Shown here one piece after another: positions 1 to 13,223 of a DNA stretch of 64,000 bases (position 1 is its first letter; every line of letters begins with the position of its first letter). This DNA comes from Octopus sinensis (lineage: Eukaryota). The stretch covers positions 1,736,001 to 1,800,000 of the forward strand of contig NC_042998.1 in assembly GCF_006345805.1 (NCBI RefSeq), read 5' to 3'. Under the pieces are notes generated by a model, which saw nothing but the letters and a program-made list of their open reading frames with translations, made no database searches and had not been told where the DNA came from. Position numbers and translations under genes: made by a program.

Positions 1-39
1 AAAAGTCTTAAAACATGCACCGACAATTTTATATCTCAC

Positions 40-93
40 CTTGAAGGTTACCTTCATATAATCCAGGTGCGAGAGATTCCAAGACAGTAGATT
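40..93 (-). CDS. Candidate downstream exon of the minus-strand gene, 54 nt; phase-1 reading (E)STVLESLAPGLYEGNLQ
   Basis: Acceptor ttttgtctttcatgcag| and donor AAG|gtgaga. Phase 1-1 frame is open and compatible with exon 2. A phase-0 frame (NLLSWNLSHLDYMKVTFK) is also open. Linkage across ~35 kb is inference. Confidence 0.5.
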
Positions 94-2540
94 CTGCATG
101 AAAGACAAAATGCATAAATGAGAAAATAATATTAGGCTACGCAATGCAAACAGAATACACTATTGCCAAATGCGAAAAAAAGTCTTCGAGATAATGCTTC
201 TTTCCTCTGCGAGGTATGATGTGGAAGCAAGACCAATCTGTAACGAAACAGGAATTAAAAAACAACAAAAACCAATTAAAGGACGAATACATTGAAACTG
301 ATAGATCAAAAAATATAAGTGGGACTCAAAATAATAACAAATATATTAAAGTACAAGTGACTTGATATTATTATTTGGGACCACAAAATAGAACCATCTG
401 TTGTGGAATTCCACTGTCCATGTAACAATAATATGGTGAAAAAGATAACACAAATAAAAACAAAAGACAGCCTAACAATAACAAAAACGGCATGAGCAGC
501 CACACGGCCCATTTCCTTATGTGCAATTGGTCCCAATCAAAAGCAACTAATATTGTCAAAATTCAATATTTTGTTTAAAAAACAAGTGGTCAGGGTTTTG
601 CCCAGCCGCAACCAGTTTCAATTCTTTTTGGAAGTAATTTGCACCATATTGCACAATACATGAGAGTGGAACCTCTATACGGTTGCTCGCTTTGCTAGAC
701 ATAGCAGCCTGGACGAAACATTAAGAAAGATTCTACATGCTCGCAAGGTATTCCCGAGATAGTAGCTAAATATCCCACAAATTCACATCCAATCGTCTTC
801 GAAAATAAGAATACGGTGGATAATATGTTCCTCGGTTCTCTGTGCCTGAGAGTATGACGTTGTAATCACGGCTGGAATGGCTTTGTTCACAGGCCTGCCA
901 GGTCAGAGTTGACCGGGATCTAAATGGTAACATACATGCATTACTCTTACCCTGCAAGAATATTGTCAACATTGCTTTCTTCTACACCATCGTCGTCGTC
1001 ATCGTCGCACCACAGGCATCGTCGTTGTAGTTGTTGTTGTTGTTGTTAAGTTGCATCTCGGCACTGAGTGGACAGAGAGATGATCAAAGACGTTTCCACA
1101 GCAACTGCTCTGTCTTTTGCATATTTCCTACTACATTATACCGAGTGAAATTTGAAGGAATTTAGCGACTATTTCTACCAGGTCGAGTAACCACGAAGAA
1201 GCAAATGGCACAAAAGCCGAGAAATGCAATTAACGTTCATGTATTTTCTAAAACATGATATAATTAGCATAAGTGTTGTAAATAGGTTTCAATTGGCAAT
1301 TAAAGCTATATTGCTTTCATAACTTCTCCACAGCATTCGCCAGTAATACCAAATTACCGTATTTTTCGGCGTACAAGTCAACCTAGTATTAAGTGTAAAC
1401 ATTCAACGCAAACATTCAAACATCGCCGCGATCTTTCCGAATCCTGCTACGTTTTGCATAGAAATTTTGGTTCTCAAAAGTCATCTTGGTGTATAAGTGC
1501 TGCGGAAGGATCCTGACCCAACCCACATGACCAAAAGTGGACATGCGCATTTCAATGAAATAAAGCGGTGTTGTTGGAGAGAGAAAAGGTAGAAAGACTG
1601 CATGAATCATTCACTGGATTAATTATTCTTTCGTAAATATATGTTCGTTATGAGAAACTGCCCGATGTGATCGGGAGAGAGGATCTAATTGAACACATAA
1701 CGGACGAATAATAAAATGATGAGAGACTGCATAGAAAAAAAAATAGTAAAATGGAACGGCGAGCTTGGGGTGGGCTCGTAAGTCATTCCATCTTTTCATT
1801 TAATCTCTCATTTCACAAACATCATCCGTTATATGTCCCCCACGTTTTCTGTTGCCTGTCCTTGTAATGTCCATTCTATGTTGGGGGCTTTATGCCTAAA
1901 TAAAGAGAGGAGTTGACAGCGTTGACCGTCCTCTGTATTGGATTATTTTGTTAGTTTAATATCGTATCTACGTTTGGCGTAGTACGGAGCACCTTCGCTG
2001 TGAACATATTACTTCTGTGATAGGTTATTCTAGATAACCATATCCAAATATAGAGCTGAGTAATACTATTCCCACACCCTTGTGCACACCCCAACGTCGT
2101 CGTAGCATTATTGGCGATGAGATATTCAAAACCCCGAAGAGATAACAGTAAGTCGATCTCCCTCGTATGCCGGAAATAAGGTATCACGAGACAATGAAAA
2201 GAACTTTTAGGCAGCCACTCGATCTGCTAAAAAATGCAGTGAATCTCCCTCAAATCACTGCCAGTTTTATTTTTTTTAGAAAATTTATACGGGGCTCGGG
2301 CATGGCTGGGTGATTAAGGAGCTCGCTTTGCAACCACGAAGTTTCGTCTTCGATCCTACTGCACGGCACCTTGGGCATGCGGCTTCTACAATAGCTCTGG
2401 GCCCACAATGCCTTGTAAGTGAATTTGGTTCACGGAAACTATGTGAAAGACCGTCGTGTGTGTGTGTGTGTGTTTAAAACATTCGAGTAAAAGCTTTCTA
2501 GCATGCAGTGCCTAGCTCATCCATAGTTTATATGTGTATG

Positions 2541-2624
<84 letters not shown>

Positions 2625-2789
2625 CATTCATATGTATGTATGAGTGCATATGTGCATGCATGTATGTATGTATGCCTAGAGATCTCTCCAGCCACGGAAG
2701 ATCGAGCATCATTTTTTTCTTTTTGGCCCTAAAATAAATTTATAGATATGTTTACTATTTATTATTCTCACGTCGATAGAATGTTAGCT

Positions 2790-2792
2790 TGC

Positions 2793-2829
<37 letters not shown>

Positions 2830-2835
2830 GCTGCT

Positions 2836-2883
<48 letters not shown>

Positions 2884-2885
2884 AA
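2790..2885. repeat. Compound trinucleotide repeat (GTT)n-(GCT)n-(GAT)n
   Basis: Directly visible. Confidence 0.95.
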
Positions 2886-3470
2886 TGCATTTATTTTCCA
2901 GAGGTGTAGACAATAGATATTCTGATCCTCATAACACCAATCAGCATTAACACCAACTTTTAAATAAATTTCAATTAAATTTATGTTCCCTTCCAACGCT
3001 AATCCACAGAACACGACACTACTCTCTCCGAATTTGACTTTACATATTCATATCTTGTTTTTGTTAAACAATAGCAACTGCAGAAACATGTGATCATATT
3101 GCCGATTCTGGCGACCCTTCTCCAGTTTCATTGCTAGCAACTAACTGTTTATAGTTTTATAACATATAAAAACACAGTTTATGTCCGTCTTCTCATATTC
3201 TATGAATGTCCTTGTAATATGAGGGTCGGCTTAGGTTTAAGCATGTCACGTAGCTATTATTTCCTTGCTTATCCTATTTTCCAGCGAACAAGTCAACGTG
3301 AAATCATATGGTGTAAGCATTCAGACATCGATACTATCTTTCAAATCTTGCGGCATTTTCATGTAATTTTTTGTCCTCTAAAGTTGTTTTGATGTATAAG
3401 TCGACCTACCCTTTTTGGTAGCAAATTGTGGTCCACTATGAGTGTGTGTGTGTGTGCGCGCGCGCGCGTG

Positions 3471-3531
<61 letters not shown>

Positions 3532-3570
3532 ATATATATATGTATATATATATATATATGTATATATATA

Positions 3571-4989
3571 TCATCAAGGTATTTGAGAGGGTGCTGAGAT
3601 CGCGTATGACTCACTTCCTTGAGAGTCATAATATGCTGAACCCCAACCAGCATGGATTCCGTAATGGGAGAAATTGCCTGACGCAGCTACTACATAATTT
3701 TGATGACATTTTGAGAGCCTTGGGAGAAGGTTCCAACACTGATGTCATCTACCTTGATTTCAGCAAGGCCTTTGACAGGGTTGATCATAAGATCTTTCTG
3801 AGAAAGCTGTCCAATATTGGTGTCACTGGAAAGCTGCTGCAGTGGATCAAATGCTTCCTGTCTAACAGAACCCAACATGTTGTAGTCGAAGGAGTCAAAT
3901 CCAGCCCAGCCAAAGTCAGCAGTGGTGTCCCACAAGGCACTGTGTTGGGCCCACTTCTCTTCATCATCAACATAAATGATATTACTGACACCATCAAACA
4001 CAGTAACATCAGAACCTTCGCTGATGATTCCAAGCTCCAGAAGGTCATCAATGGCGTGGATGACCGAATAAACCTTCAGTCAGACCTACTAGCTGTTGTC
4101 CAATGGGCGGAAAAGAATAACATGTTGCTAAATGAAGACAAATTCGAACTGATCCACTTTGGAAGGGAGGACGCTCTGAAACTCCCATACTCTCTTCCTT
4201 CTGGAGAAATTCTCATGGCATCCAACAACATCAGGGACTTGGGAGTAACAGTGGACAACAACATAAGCTGGGCTACACATATAAGCAGCAAAGTTGACAT
4301 GGCCCGCAGAATGTGTTCCTGGATTCTCAGAACCTTCCAGTCGAGAGATTCCCACGCTATTATCCTTCTCTTCTCCACTTTTGCCCGACCCCACCTTGAA
4401 TACTGCTGTCCACTGTGGTCTCCCTACACAAAACAAAATATTATGAGAATTGAAGCTCCCCAAAGGTCAATCACAAAAAAGATAGATGGCATGTCAGACC
4501 TTGACTACTGGGGTAGACTAGAGAAGCTGAAATTGTATTCACTCCAACGACGCCGTGAACGCTACATTATCTGTATGATGTGGAAAATATTCCATCAGCA
4601 CTGTCCGAATGATGTTGGCATCACCTTCAAATGCATCCAAGGCTTGGACCACGTGCCATCCGTCCACAACAAAAATCTAAATCGCATCACATAACGACAA
4701 TACGGCACAACTATTTCACCTCAATTGGACCCGCTCTCTTCAACATTACACCAGGACACGTCAAAAAAGAAACTGACCACACAAAATTCAAGAAGTCTTT
4801 GGACAAATTCCTTCAACAGTACCGGACAACCACCCACACCCGGATATGTCTCCGCAAACAATAACTCTCTGCTCGAATGGGCCTTGGTGCCCAAATCCTG
4901 AACTGAAAGACTTCGCCAGGTGGTGCTATTAAGTTAGACATGGCCTGGACCAATACTGGCCAAAACCTTTCTAAGTTATTCTAAGTTTT
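3571..4989 (+). mobile_element. 5'-truncated non-LTR retrotransposon, CR1/L2 group; RT domain, 3' UTR and short-repeat tail
   Basis: RT motifs QHGFR, YLDFSKAFDRVDH, SGVPQGTVLGPLLF, FADD, RPHLEY, LYSLQRRRERY. Frameshifts near 4631 and 4820; the frames continue to ...PGYVSANNNSLLEWALVPKS* (stop 4899-4901). Tail ttctaagttattctaagtttta. (TA)n on both flanks. The start of ORF 3426 is microsatellite, not element. Confidence 0.93.
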
Positions 4990-5384
4990 ATATATATATA
5001 TATATATACTAGACTGGGTCACCAGGAAAGTCTGAATTTCCCAGTTTTGGGGTTTTTTTGTAGAGAGATAGATAGATAGATATGTATGTATGTATGTATG
5101 TATGTATACGCTACAGACAAAGCCCATGAGACCGAAATACATCTAGCAATGTCACCTGCCGCTGCTAAGACGAGTTTCGTCTGCCTGCGATATATTTTGC
5201 CTTTAAACACATCACGTTCATATGAGATATTATCCCAGGACGGACACCGCAGAAAAGCCGCCTATTAAGATGTATTAACATTAAGTATGATGCACAAATG
5301 GCTATTTTGATTCAACACTATTTCTGTTGCATATAGTGGATATGTGTGTGTGTATGTATTATGTATGATCGTTTGCATGCAGAC

Positions 5385-5800
5385 ACACACACACACACAC
5401 GCACGCACGCATACACACAAAGAAATAGACAGCTCCTCCTGTAACTGAAAATTTTGTGAACGTGAAAAGAGACAAGTTACCCGGACGTATGAAGACAAAA
5501 GTTTGAGGACCATAAGAAGCTAAACCAACTTGTTGATAAACACAACTGCAGTTATGTACTGAGTGCTACATCCTTTCGTTTGTTCATACACACACACACA
5601 CCACACACACACACACGCACGCACGCATACACACAAAGAAATAGACAGCTCCTCCTGTAACTGAAAATTTTGTGAACGTGAAAAGAGACAAGTTACCCGG
5701 ACGTATGAAGACAAAAGTTTGAGGACCATAAGAAGCTAAACCAACTTGTTGATAAACACAACTGCAGTTATGTACTGAGTGCTACATCCTTTCGTTTGTT

Positions 5801-5830
<30 letters not shown>
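5385..5830. repeat. 216-bp tandem duplication bounded by (CA)n runs
   Basis: agaaatagacagc occurs at 5421 and 5637; the unique parts appear identical. Confidence 0.95.
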
Positions 5831-5836
<6 letters not shown>

Positions 5837-5882
5837 ATGTTGCACGTGTCACTGCTCATGACCTTCCTGGCGAGCTGGGTTA

Positions 5883-6114
5883 AGGCGGCGAGCTGGCAGA
5901 AACGATAGCACACCGGGCGAAATGTGTAGCCGTATTTTTTCTGTCGCTACGTTCTGGGTTCAAATTCCGCCGAGGTCGACTTTGCCTTTCATCCTTTCAG
6001 GGTTGATAAATTAAGTACCAGTTACGCACTGGGGTCGATGTAATCGACTTAAGCTGTTTGTCTGTCCTTGTTTGTCCCCTCTGTGTTTAGCCCCTTGTGG
6101 GTAGTAAAGGAATA
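5883..6114 (+). mobile_element. tRNA-derived SINE family A, monomer
   Basis: Head aggcggcgagctggcagaa (A-box-like) and ttcaaattcc (B-box-like); central ctttcatcctttc(g/a)gggt(c/t)gataaattaagtacc (resembles the Meta/MESC SINE domain, by recall); tail 1 ending gtagtaaag. Same sequence at more than 15 loci in the window. Confidence 0.85.
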
Positions 6115-6124
6115 TATTAGGAAG

Positions 6125-6290
6125 CGTATAGAGAAAGAGGGTAAGAGGCCATCAAAGTCCTTTATGGACTGACGACATCAAAGAATAAACTGGAAAGAGG
6201 AGCTGGCCGAGCAAAACAGGGAACTGGAAAGTCTTGCCAAGTCAAATCCTAAAAACATGGACGGTACTTGGCTCTCGGCTGATGGCGCGC
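6125..6290 (+). mobile_element. RTE-like LINE 3' fragment
   Basis: RGVRG..LWTDDIKE*TG resembles the RTE C-terminal RGRP..W.D.IKEWTG. Confidence 0.5.
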
Positions 6291-6344
6291 GTGCGTGTCT
6301 GTGGGTGTGCGTAACGAATATATCCTTTGTTAATATCATATTCC

Positions 6345-6600
6345 TATGGCCCGGTGGTTAGGGTGTTGCACTCACGATCGGGAGATTGTGGTTTCAGTTC
6401 CTGGACAGGGCGGGACGTTGAGTTCTTGAGCGAAACACAGCATCTCACGTTGCTCAGCGATCACTTCGACACCTGACTTGTAGCACACCGTTTAATTGTT
6501 CATGCAACGTCGGTTTGATGGAGGGAGTGACCTAATGTACAACACATGCATTTGATCACTATAAGCAAGTCATTTGTGCAGGCTTGTTCCTCAGCAAGGC
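6345..6600 (+). mobile_element. Older tRNA-headed SINE related to the C/D head
   Basis: tggcccggtggttagggtg..gtttcagttcc..gttcttgagcgaaacac. Confidence 0.6.
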
Positions 6601-7860
6601 ATTACAGAATCGAGATTACTATCATATCATCATATTCCCGCACAGGTCCTTATTCTTGGAAAATACATTTTCATATTAAACCAGTCAGCATATTCTTCAT
6701 TTTGTAAACACTGGTATTTTAACAATTTGTTCTTATTTTGTATACGATATTTCATGTAAAATCGCTTTTTGCAAAAGATGTCGTAACACCTTCGTCGAGT
6801 AAATCTCGGCTATTAAAACCATTCCTTTATTCATTTCTTTTTGTTTTTACATATTTTTAATGTCAACCTTATACAAAATTCTCAAATGTGTACGTATATG
6901 CTTTCGTTTATGAAAACAAAGTTCTGATACATTCGATGTGAAAAAAAATAGTGCAAATATAACCGCATGTGTTAAATTACTGGAATTACTTTACAGTGAT
7001 AAAGCTCGTCTGTTATCTCTCATTAGTTCTCTGAGTAAATGAGCCACTGATATGCTTTCTTCTAATTAAGGTAAATTATGCCTTAATGCCCTTTCAAATA
7101 GCAAATGGTATTTTAAAACCAACGTTGTGCTTGTCTAACATCCACGTGATTGCTATAATAGATAACTTATTTTGACAGTTGACAAATTTTGGTGGGTTAT
7201 TTTCTTTATCAACATGAAATTTCTCCACATGTTTCTTGAATATAAATTTCTTTTTATTCATATTATTTTGGACTGTTATATCATGTGTTACGTGTGGTGT
7301 ATATGTGTGTGCAATGTATGCTGTGTTTCTATGTGTTGTGCCTGTGTTACTAAAGCCGTAATTAGATGCCAAGTTCAATCAAAACTGTCTTCTATTTAGA
7401 AAAGACATTTTACATCAGTTGGAAGAAAACTTGTAAAACATTTACCTCGCTTATTTACATTATTACAATTTAGTTCATATTTTCTGCGTTTTTAAAGCAC
7501 ATACTACGCTGTCATACGTCATTATCCATTATCTTATACACATCTTCGTTATCGTCGTCTTTATTATCGTCACCATCATTCTATGTTCAAGCAAAGTAGT
7601 TACGACTTTCACTTCTATAAGAGATGACATAAGCAACTGTACTCAGATGTAATGTTTGTCGCCACTTCAACATGGCTATTCCGTACGAACCGACAAACAT
7701 TACTTCATTTTGTGTTCGTTTACAATCATGGGTCGGACACTCGTAATAATCATTGAGCGTCTGGCGCACACCGGATATCCTGTTTTGTTTTTTATATAGA
7801 TTTTACAGCTGGAGGTCCTTCCTGTAACAAACCACTTGACAGCACACACAATGTATATTA

Positions 7861-7967
7861 TTTATTAAGCCACCGGCCCCAGAGAAGTTCTCTCCGACAA
7901 GACTAAAGTGTATATCATTTATTAAGACACCGGCCCCAGAGAGGTTCTCTCCGACGAGACTAAAGTG
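7861..7967. repeat. 57-bp tandem duplication
   Basis: caccggccccagag at 7871 and 7928, with few mismatches. Confidence 0.9.
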
Positions 7968-9289
7968 TTCCCTCTATTCTATGCTGCTTCTGTTCTTTCG
8001 CTCTTATATTCATTCATTAATTTATTCATTCATTTATTCATTCATTCATTCATTCATTTATTCATTCATTCGGCATGGTGTTAAAAGTCGGATGCCTTTT
8101 CTATCACAAAATCAACATACAATGTAAATTAGGAGTATTTAATTGTGCCATCAACATTAGAGAGTTTCTCTGTGAAGCGACTAACGAGTCCTCTCTGCCC
8201 TGAATAACTTACTCAGAGATTCCGCTTTCCTCGACATATGACAAAATTCTGTAGATATAAGGATTGGGATAAAGGTGACAAACCATTATCCCCATTCTCG
8301 AGCCACTCGAATAATCGTTTGTTTCTGTGATATTCTGGGAGGGTTGTTAGTTACAGTTACTACCAAAAGTGACAGTGATAATTCCCATCAAATGTCCCTG
8401 CTTTTTTGTTCCCATTTTTATTCTGGGTCCCTGCTCTTCTAGATGGGTTGTCTTGGTGTTCATCTTTCAGAATTCATTTGTCCGTATGATTAAGAACTCT
8501 TTTCATATACACTTGCGTTTGTATAAGTAGCCCGAGTGTATGAGCTGAGAAGCCATGTCACTACATTGTGATTCAAAGATGGCTGAGCTAACGTGGGAGC
8601 CATTTTTTAAGGTTAAGTCAATAAAGGGGGTTGTTGTTGTTGTACACGTAATGGTGGTTCTACTTAATTTGTCATAGTCAAGATTGATGAAGGATGGCGG
8701 GCACCGGCGAGTAAATGACGTGGTCGTTGTATCGTGTGCGCATCTCAATAATACTAAAACTCTAGAAATGTTTGTGTGTAGCCGAAATATCTCAGAAACA
8801 GTATATTATATCTTAATTTATTATTATTTTCTTTTTGCATATTTATTTTCATACTTACCTTCGGCAGTGCAGTACAAATTTTTGTCATATTTGTACCTCT
8901 ATTTAAACGATTAAACACAATTTTTGTTCGTTATTTCTTGACGAAAAAAGACATGGCTTCCTTGACGTCAACACACATACACACATACAGAATACACACA
9001 CACGTAATAAATGTCGTGGCGTGTCAATCAACACAAAAACACGCCCACTATCTGTGACATACACATACAATTTTTGACGTACACAGTATTTTAATCATCC
9101 AGAAATATTTTTAGCTGAAAGTGATTTTATCATCCGGAGTCGTTAATTTCCGTAAAAGTTTTTTTATTTATTTACTGTTGTTTTAAAGTGAACGAGAGGA
9201 GAAAGTGAAAGATGTATGTACGTGCATATGAAATGGACGTGTGTGTGAAAGAGAGAGAGAGAGAGAGAAGGGGCTCTGTTATCAACTTT

Positions 9290-9442
9290 TTTCAATAACC
9301 TGAGTATGCCATGAGGTTTCCAGACATGAGTTCTACTCACATGTCAAGTTTCATCAAAATTGTTAAAACAATGTAGGAGGAGTTAGCTAACAACTCCACA
9401 AACACAACCACAGACAGAATTTCCCACATTTGTAGTATATAT
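9290..9442 (-). mobile_element. Possible 5' end of a non-autonomous Helitron-like element
   Basis: Minus strand tatactacaaatgtgggaaattctgtctgtg..aactcctcc..ttttgatgaaacttg resembles Lep1/DINE-type termini; no 3' CTAG hairpin located. Confidence 0.35.
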
Positions 9443-9478
9443 ATATATATGTGTGTGTCTGTGTGTGTGTGTCTGTGT

Positions 9479-9519
<41 letters not shown>

Positions 9520-10247
9520 TGTATGTATGTATGCATGAATGCATATATATATATATGTGTGTGTGTGTGTGTAGTATGTATTTCTGTGAAGGTAAGATCA
9601 GCAAAAAAATACTCCATTATTAATTATTGTTTAATGAACACAATATATATCGTTATGGGCTATAAATAGTTTCATCCAATGAAAACGATGAAGAGAACAT
9701 TTTATAACATGTCTGGCACCTTCATGCAATGCTCAACGTAGTGCTCAAATGATTTGAACTTAAACTCTGAAGTCTTTATCGCAGACTAGGTTCACGGTGT
9801 TTTGAGTGGCTATAAAAGAAATCCAAGTGAGCTGATATGCAGATAGTGGATGCTGATAAACGCGATCCAGAAGATAAACACATATGTACAAGTATATAGA
9901 TAATTATGCGTATTGATAAATAAATTTGCTTTTACATGGAGTATAAAAATACAGAAAACAAGGGGGAGAGTGCAAACTATGCATTCACATCTTAGTATTT
10001 TTATACTCTACGTAAAAGCAAATTTATTTATCAGTATATATATTTATATATAACTAATGTAGGATAAAATTTTAATCGGGAAAAAAATTTTATCAATGGC
10101 CAGCATATCAAAAAATACCTTTAAAGGTTAAATTTATAAATAATTTACAAGATAAGGGCATTAGAATTTTTCTTCTGCCCTTATCATGTAAATTATGTAT
10201 ATGATTATATATATATATATATATCTATATATATATATATATATATC

Positions 10248-10280
<33 letters not shown>

Positions 10281-10419
10281 TATACTTCTGTATATGGGTT
10301 TATCTTCTGGGTATATTTAGTTTTTGTATATATATACACCTCTCACTATATATATATTTATATGTGTACATGTTTGTATATTTATATATCGATCATAATC
10401 ACGTTTATCTGCATCACTA

Positions 10420-10466
<47 letters not shown>

Positions 10467-10562
10467 AGAAAGAGAGACAGGGAGATAAGTTTGTATTATG
10501 TACATATGTATAAATGTATATATATATATATATATCACTTCTTGTGTGTGTGCATAGTAAAT

Positions 10563-10622
<60 letters not shown>

Positions 10623-11460
10623 CATCATAGCTCTGAATTGGTGTCTGATTTAGGAACGAAGCCAAAAGTAGCTGAATGTTTTATTAAATTCGAAAGGGTG
10701 AAAGATAAAGCTGACTTCGACCGGATTTGAAACCAGGATATAAAGAGCCGGAAAAAATACCGAATAACATCTTAGCTCTTTATAAAAACAGCCAAAAGAT
10801 CAAAAATAGCTTTTGGGTAGTATCTCTCTTTCTTTCTGCTTGGGCGCCACAGACAATCCTTAGTCATTTTCTGTCATAGTGCAGTGAGCCAATGATTGCA
10901 ATGCTAGACGACTGTCACCAAACAATTATTATTGCTCACCAAATGAAATATAATTTTTTTTCTAAATCTACACACTTACTTGTTACGATAAAATATGTTG
11001 TCACCACATACCCAATCCGTTATGGAACTCAATCATAATAACTTCAACAATTCAAAATATTTTAGGACTGGTTTGTCTGGTATTGCAATATATCAGATCT
11101 CATAACTTAATATCCATGAAATTTGAGAGATTCACATTGTACTTTTATATATTTGTATTGAATAAGATATTATATTCAACTAATCCCACTCGACCAAATT
11201 GACAATTATAATTGGGAGAGGAATTCAGAATCCAGTTGTGTAACAAAAGCTAATCTATGAGTCAATCTTCATAACACTATTAGCTGAACAATCCAATCAA
11301 AAGTGTTGAATGATAAAATATTCATATGAACAGTGACAAATAGGTTCTTCATTTATTCAATATCACCTCAGTTCTGCAAGAGTGTGTGAAACTAATACGA
11401 TATTTATCAATGATTGTTCTTCTCATGTTGTTCATAATGTTTATTGTTTTATTGTACTAA

Positions 11461-11571
<111 letters not shown>

Positions 11572-12009
11572 TAACCTTTGAACTTTTTTCCTTCCAAGCG
11601 TCTAGCAGTAGTTGTGGAGTTGCTATATCCGGGATTTCTGCGTATTGGTGTGTTATCGGTAGCAGGTATCCAGCCCGCTAGCTATATGTAACGCCAGTGA
11701 CTTGTTACGAAATTTGTCTAATCATGCACTGATAGTGAATGCGTGCTACTGATGACACGCAAATATGCAGAAATCCCAGATCTAGCAATTCCAGTACCGC
11801 TCTGGACGTTTTTCATCTGCTAGTGATACTTCTGTGCCTTTTAGGACAATACGTCTATACGAGATGCTTCTTCAAGTCCAATACCGCAGTGCTGTGGCTT
11901 TCGTATAATATATTCACATTAAATAAGATACACAGATTACACTCCCTCTCTTTCTCTCCTTCCTCTTTCTCTCTCTCCATATATACATACACATATAGAC
12001 ACACACATC

Positions 12010-12040
<31 letters not shown>

Positions 12041-12164
12041 GATAGATAGATAGATATATAGATGTGTGTGTCTATATGTCTATATGTCTATGTGTGTGTC
12101 TATATACATATAAACACACACATCTATCTATCTATCCATCTATCAATATATATATATTATATAT

Positions 12165-12206
<42 letters not shown>

Positions 12207-12329
12207 GAGAGAGAGAGAGAGAGAAATAGATAAACAGACAGACAGACGATTGTCATGTTCTTCTACTTCGTTGTCGTCAATGCCATTTCTGACTCTCCGT
12301 CCATGAACTCTCAAATGGCTGTTCAGTCC

Positions 12330-12640
12330 GTTGTAGATCTGCTTAGTTTGAAGTACAGGTAATAGACGAAAGTTATCGCCTACTGTGCGCTTGCAGCTGG
12401 TTACGCCTGCACACGTTGTAACCTTTCCATCGTCGAAAGACTTTCAGTTGATGGAATAACAAATGAGGTCCACCATAGAGAGACATCTGTACGTCATTGG
12501 ATTATAGTAATAAACGCTTGGACAACACGAGTTGTACAAGTCTCTGAGCCTCTGTGGTTAGTATCCAGTAACCGGCCGAAGCAAGCTGACAAGTTATCGC
12601 TTGGAGCCGCTGGTTTCACATGAGAGCGTCCCTCACGTAG
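12330..12640 (-). mobile_element. Decayed L2-like RT fragment
   Basis: Frameshifted TEAQRLVQ, VVQAFIT and MERLQRVQ resemble the L2 pattern LVHAFV.SRLDY..LQRVQN. Confidence 0.35.
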
Positions 12641-12779
12641 AAGGATGCAGTGACAATAGGTAGGGCACCCTCACATGCATACATACATATGATATTCATA
12701 TTACACACACACATACATACATACATACATACATACATACATACATTCATGTAGGTGTCAGAGGGAGTGCCTGTGTGTA

Positions 12780-12822
12780 TAGAGAGAGAGAGAGAGACAG
12801 ATAGATAGACAGGCAGGCAGGC

Positions 12823-12866
<44 letters not shown>

Positions 12867-12898
12867 TGACTGACAGACAGACTGACAGACAGACAGAC

Positions 12899-12961
<63 letters not shown>

Positions 12962-12978
12962 CACACAGAGAGAGAGAA

Positions 12979-13014
<36 letters not shown>

Positions 13015-13015
13015 T
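12780..13015. repeat. Compound (CAGG)/(CAGA)/(TAGA)/(GA) microsatellite
   Basis: Directly visible; a similar array lies at 56500-56650. Confidence 0.95.
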
Positions 13016-13223
13016 TTGTTTTTGGTAAAAGTATTACTAAGTTAGCAAGGCAGGGCTCTTTCTAGCAAGAAAGAGCGAAGCAAGTCTACAACAGATTGTT
13101 GAAGGCAAACTATAAATAAATCTGTCTCAAACTTCGTAACGCAAATTATTTGAACAATGCAATCATTGTCGGAAACCCTTTACCTGTTACTTTTCAACGT
13201 CTCTTTCAAACTGGCTGGCTTAC

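Noticed and set aside
306-559. Hydrophobic minus-strand ORFs resembling membrane proteins
   Set aside because: Hydrophobicity arises from T-rich composition in two overlapping frames; no splice sites or recognisable motif.
1355-1500. TcMar (Tc2/pogo-like) terminus taccgtatttttcggcgtacaagtc
   Set aside because: Only one plausible end; no matching inverted terminus or transposase could be established.
2884-3014. Ankyrin-like peptide (ALEGNINLIEIYLKVGVNAD)
   Set aside because: No donor site before it runs into a triplet repeat; single short match.
3426-3570. N-terminus of the 422-aa ORF
   Set aside because: Microsatellite fused in frame to a truncated LINE; RT homology begins at ~3571.
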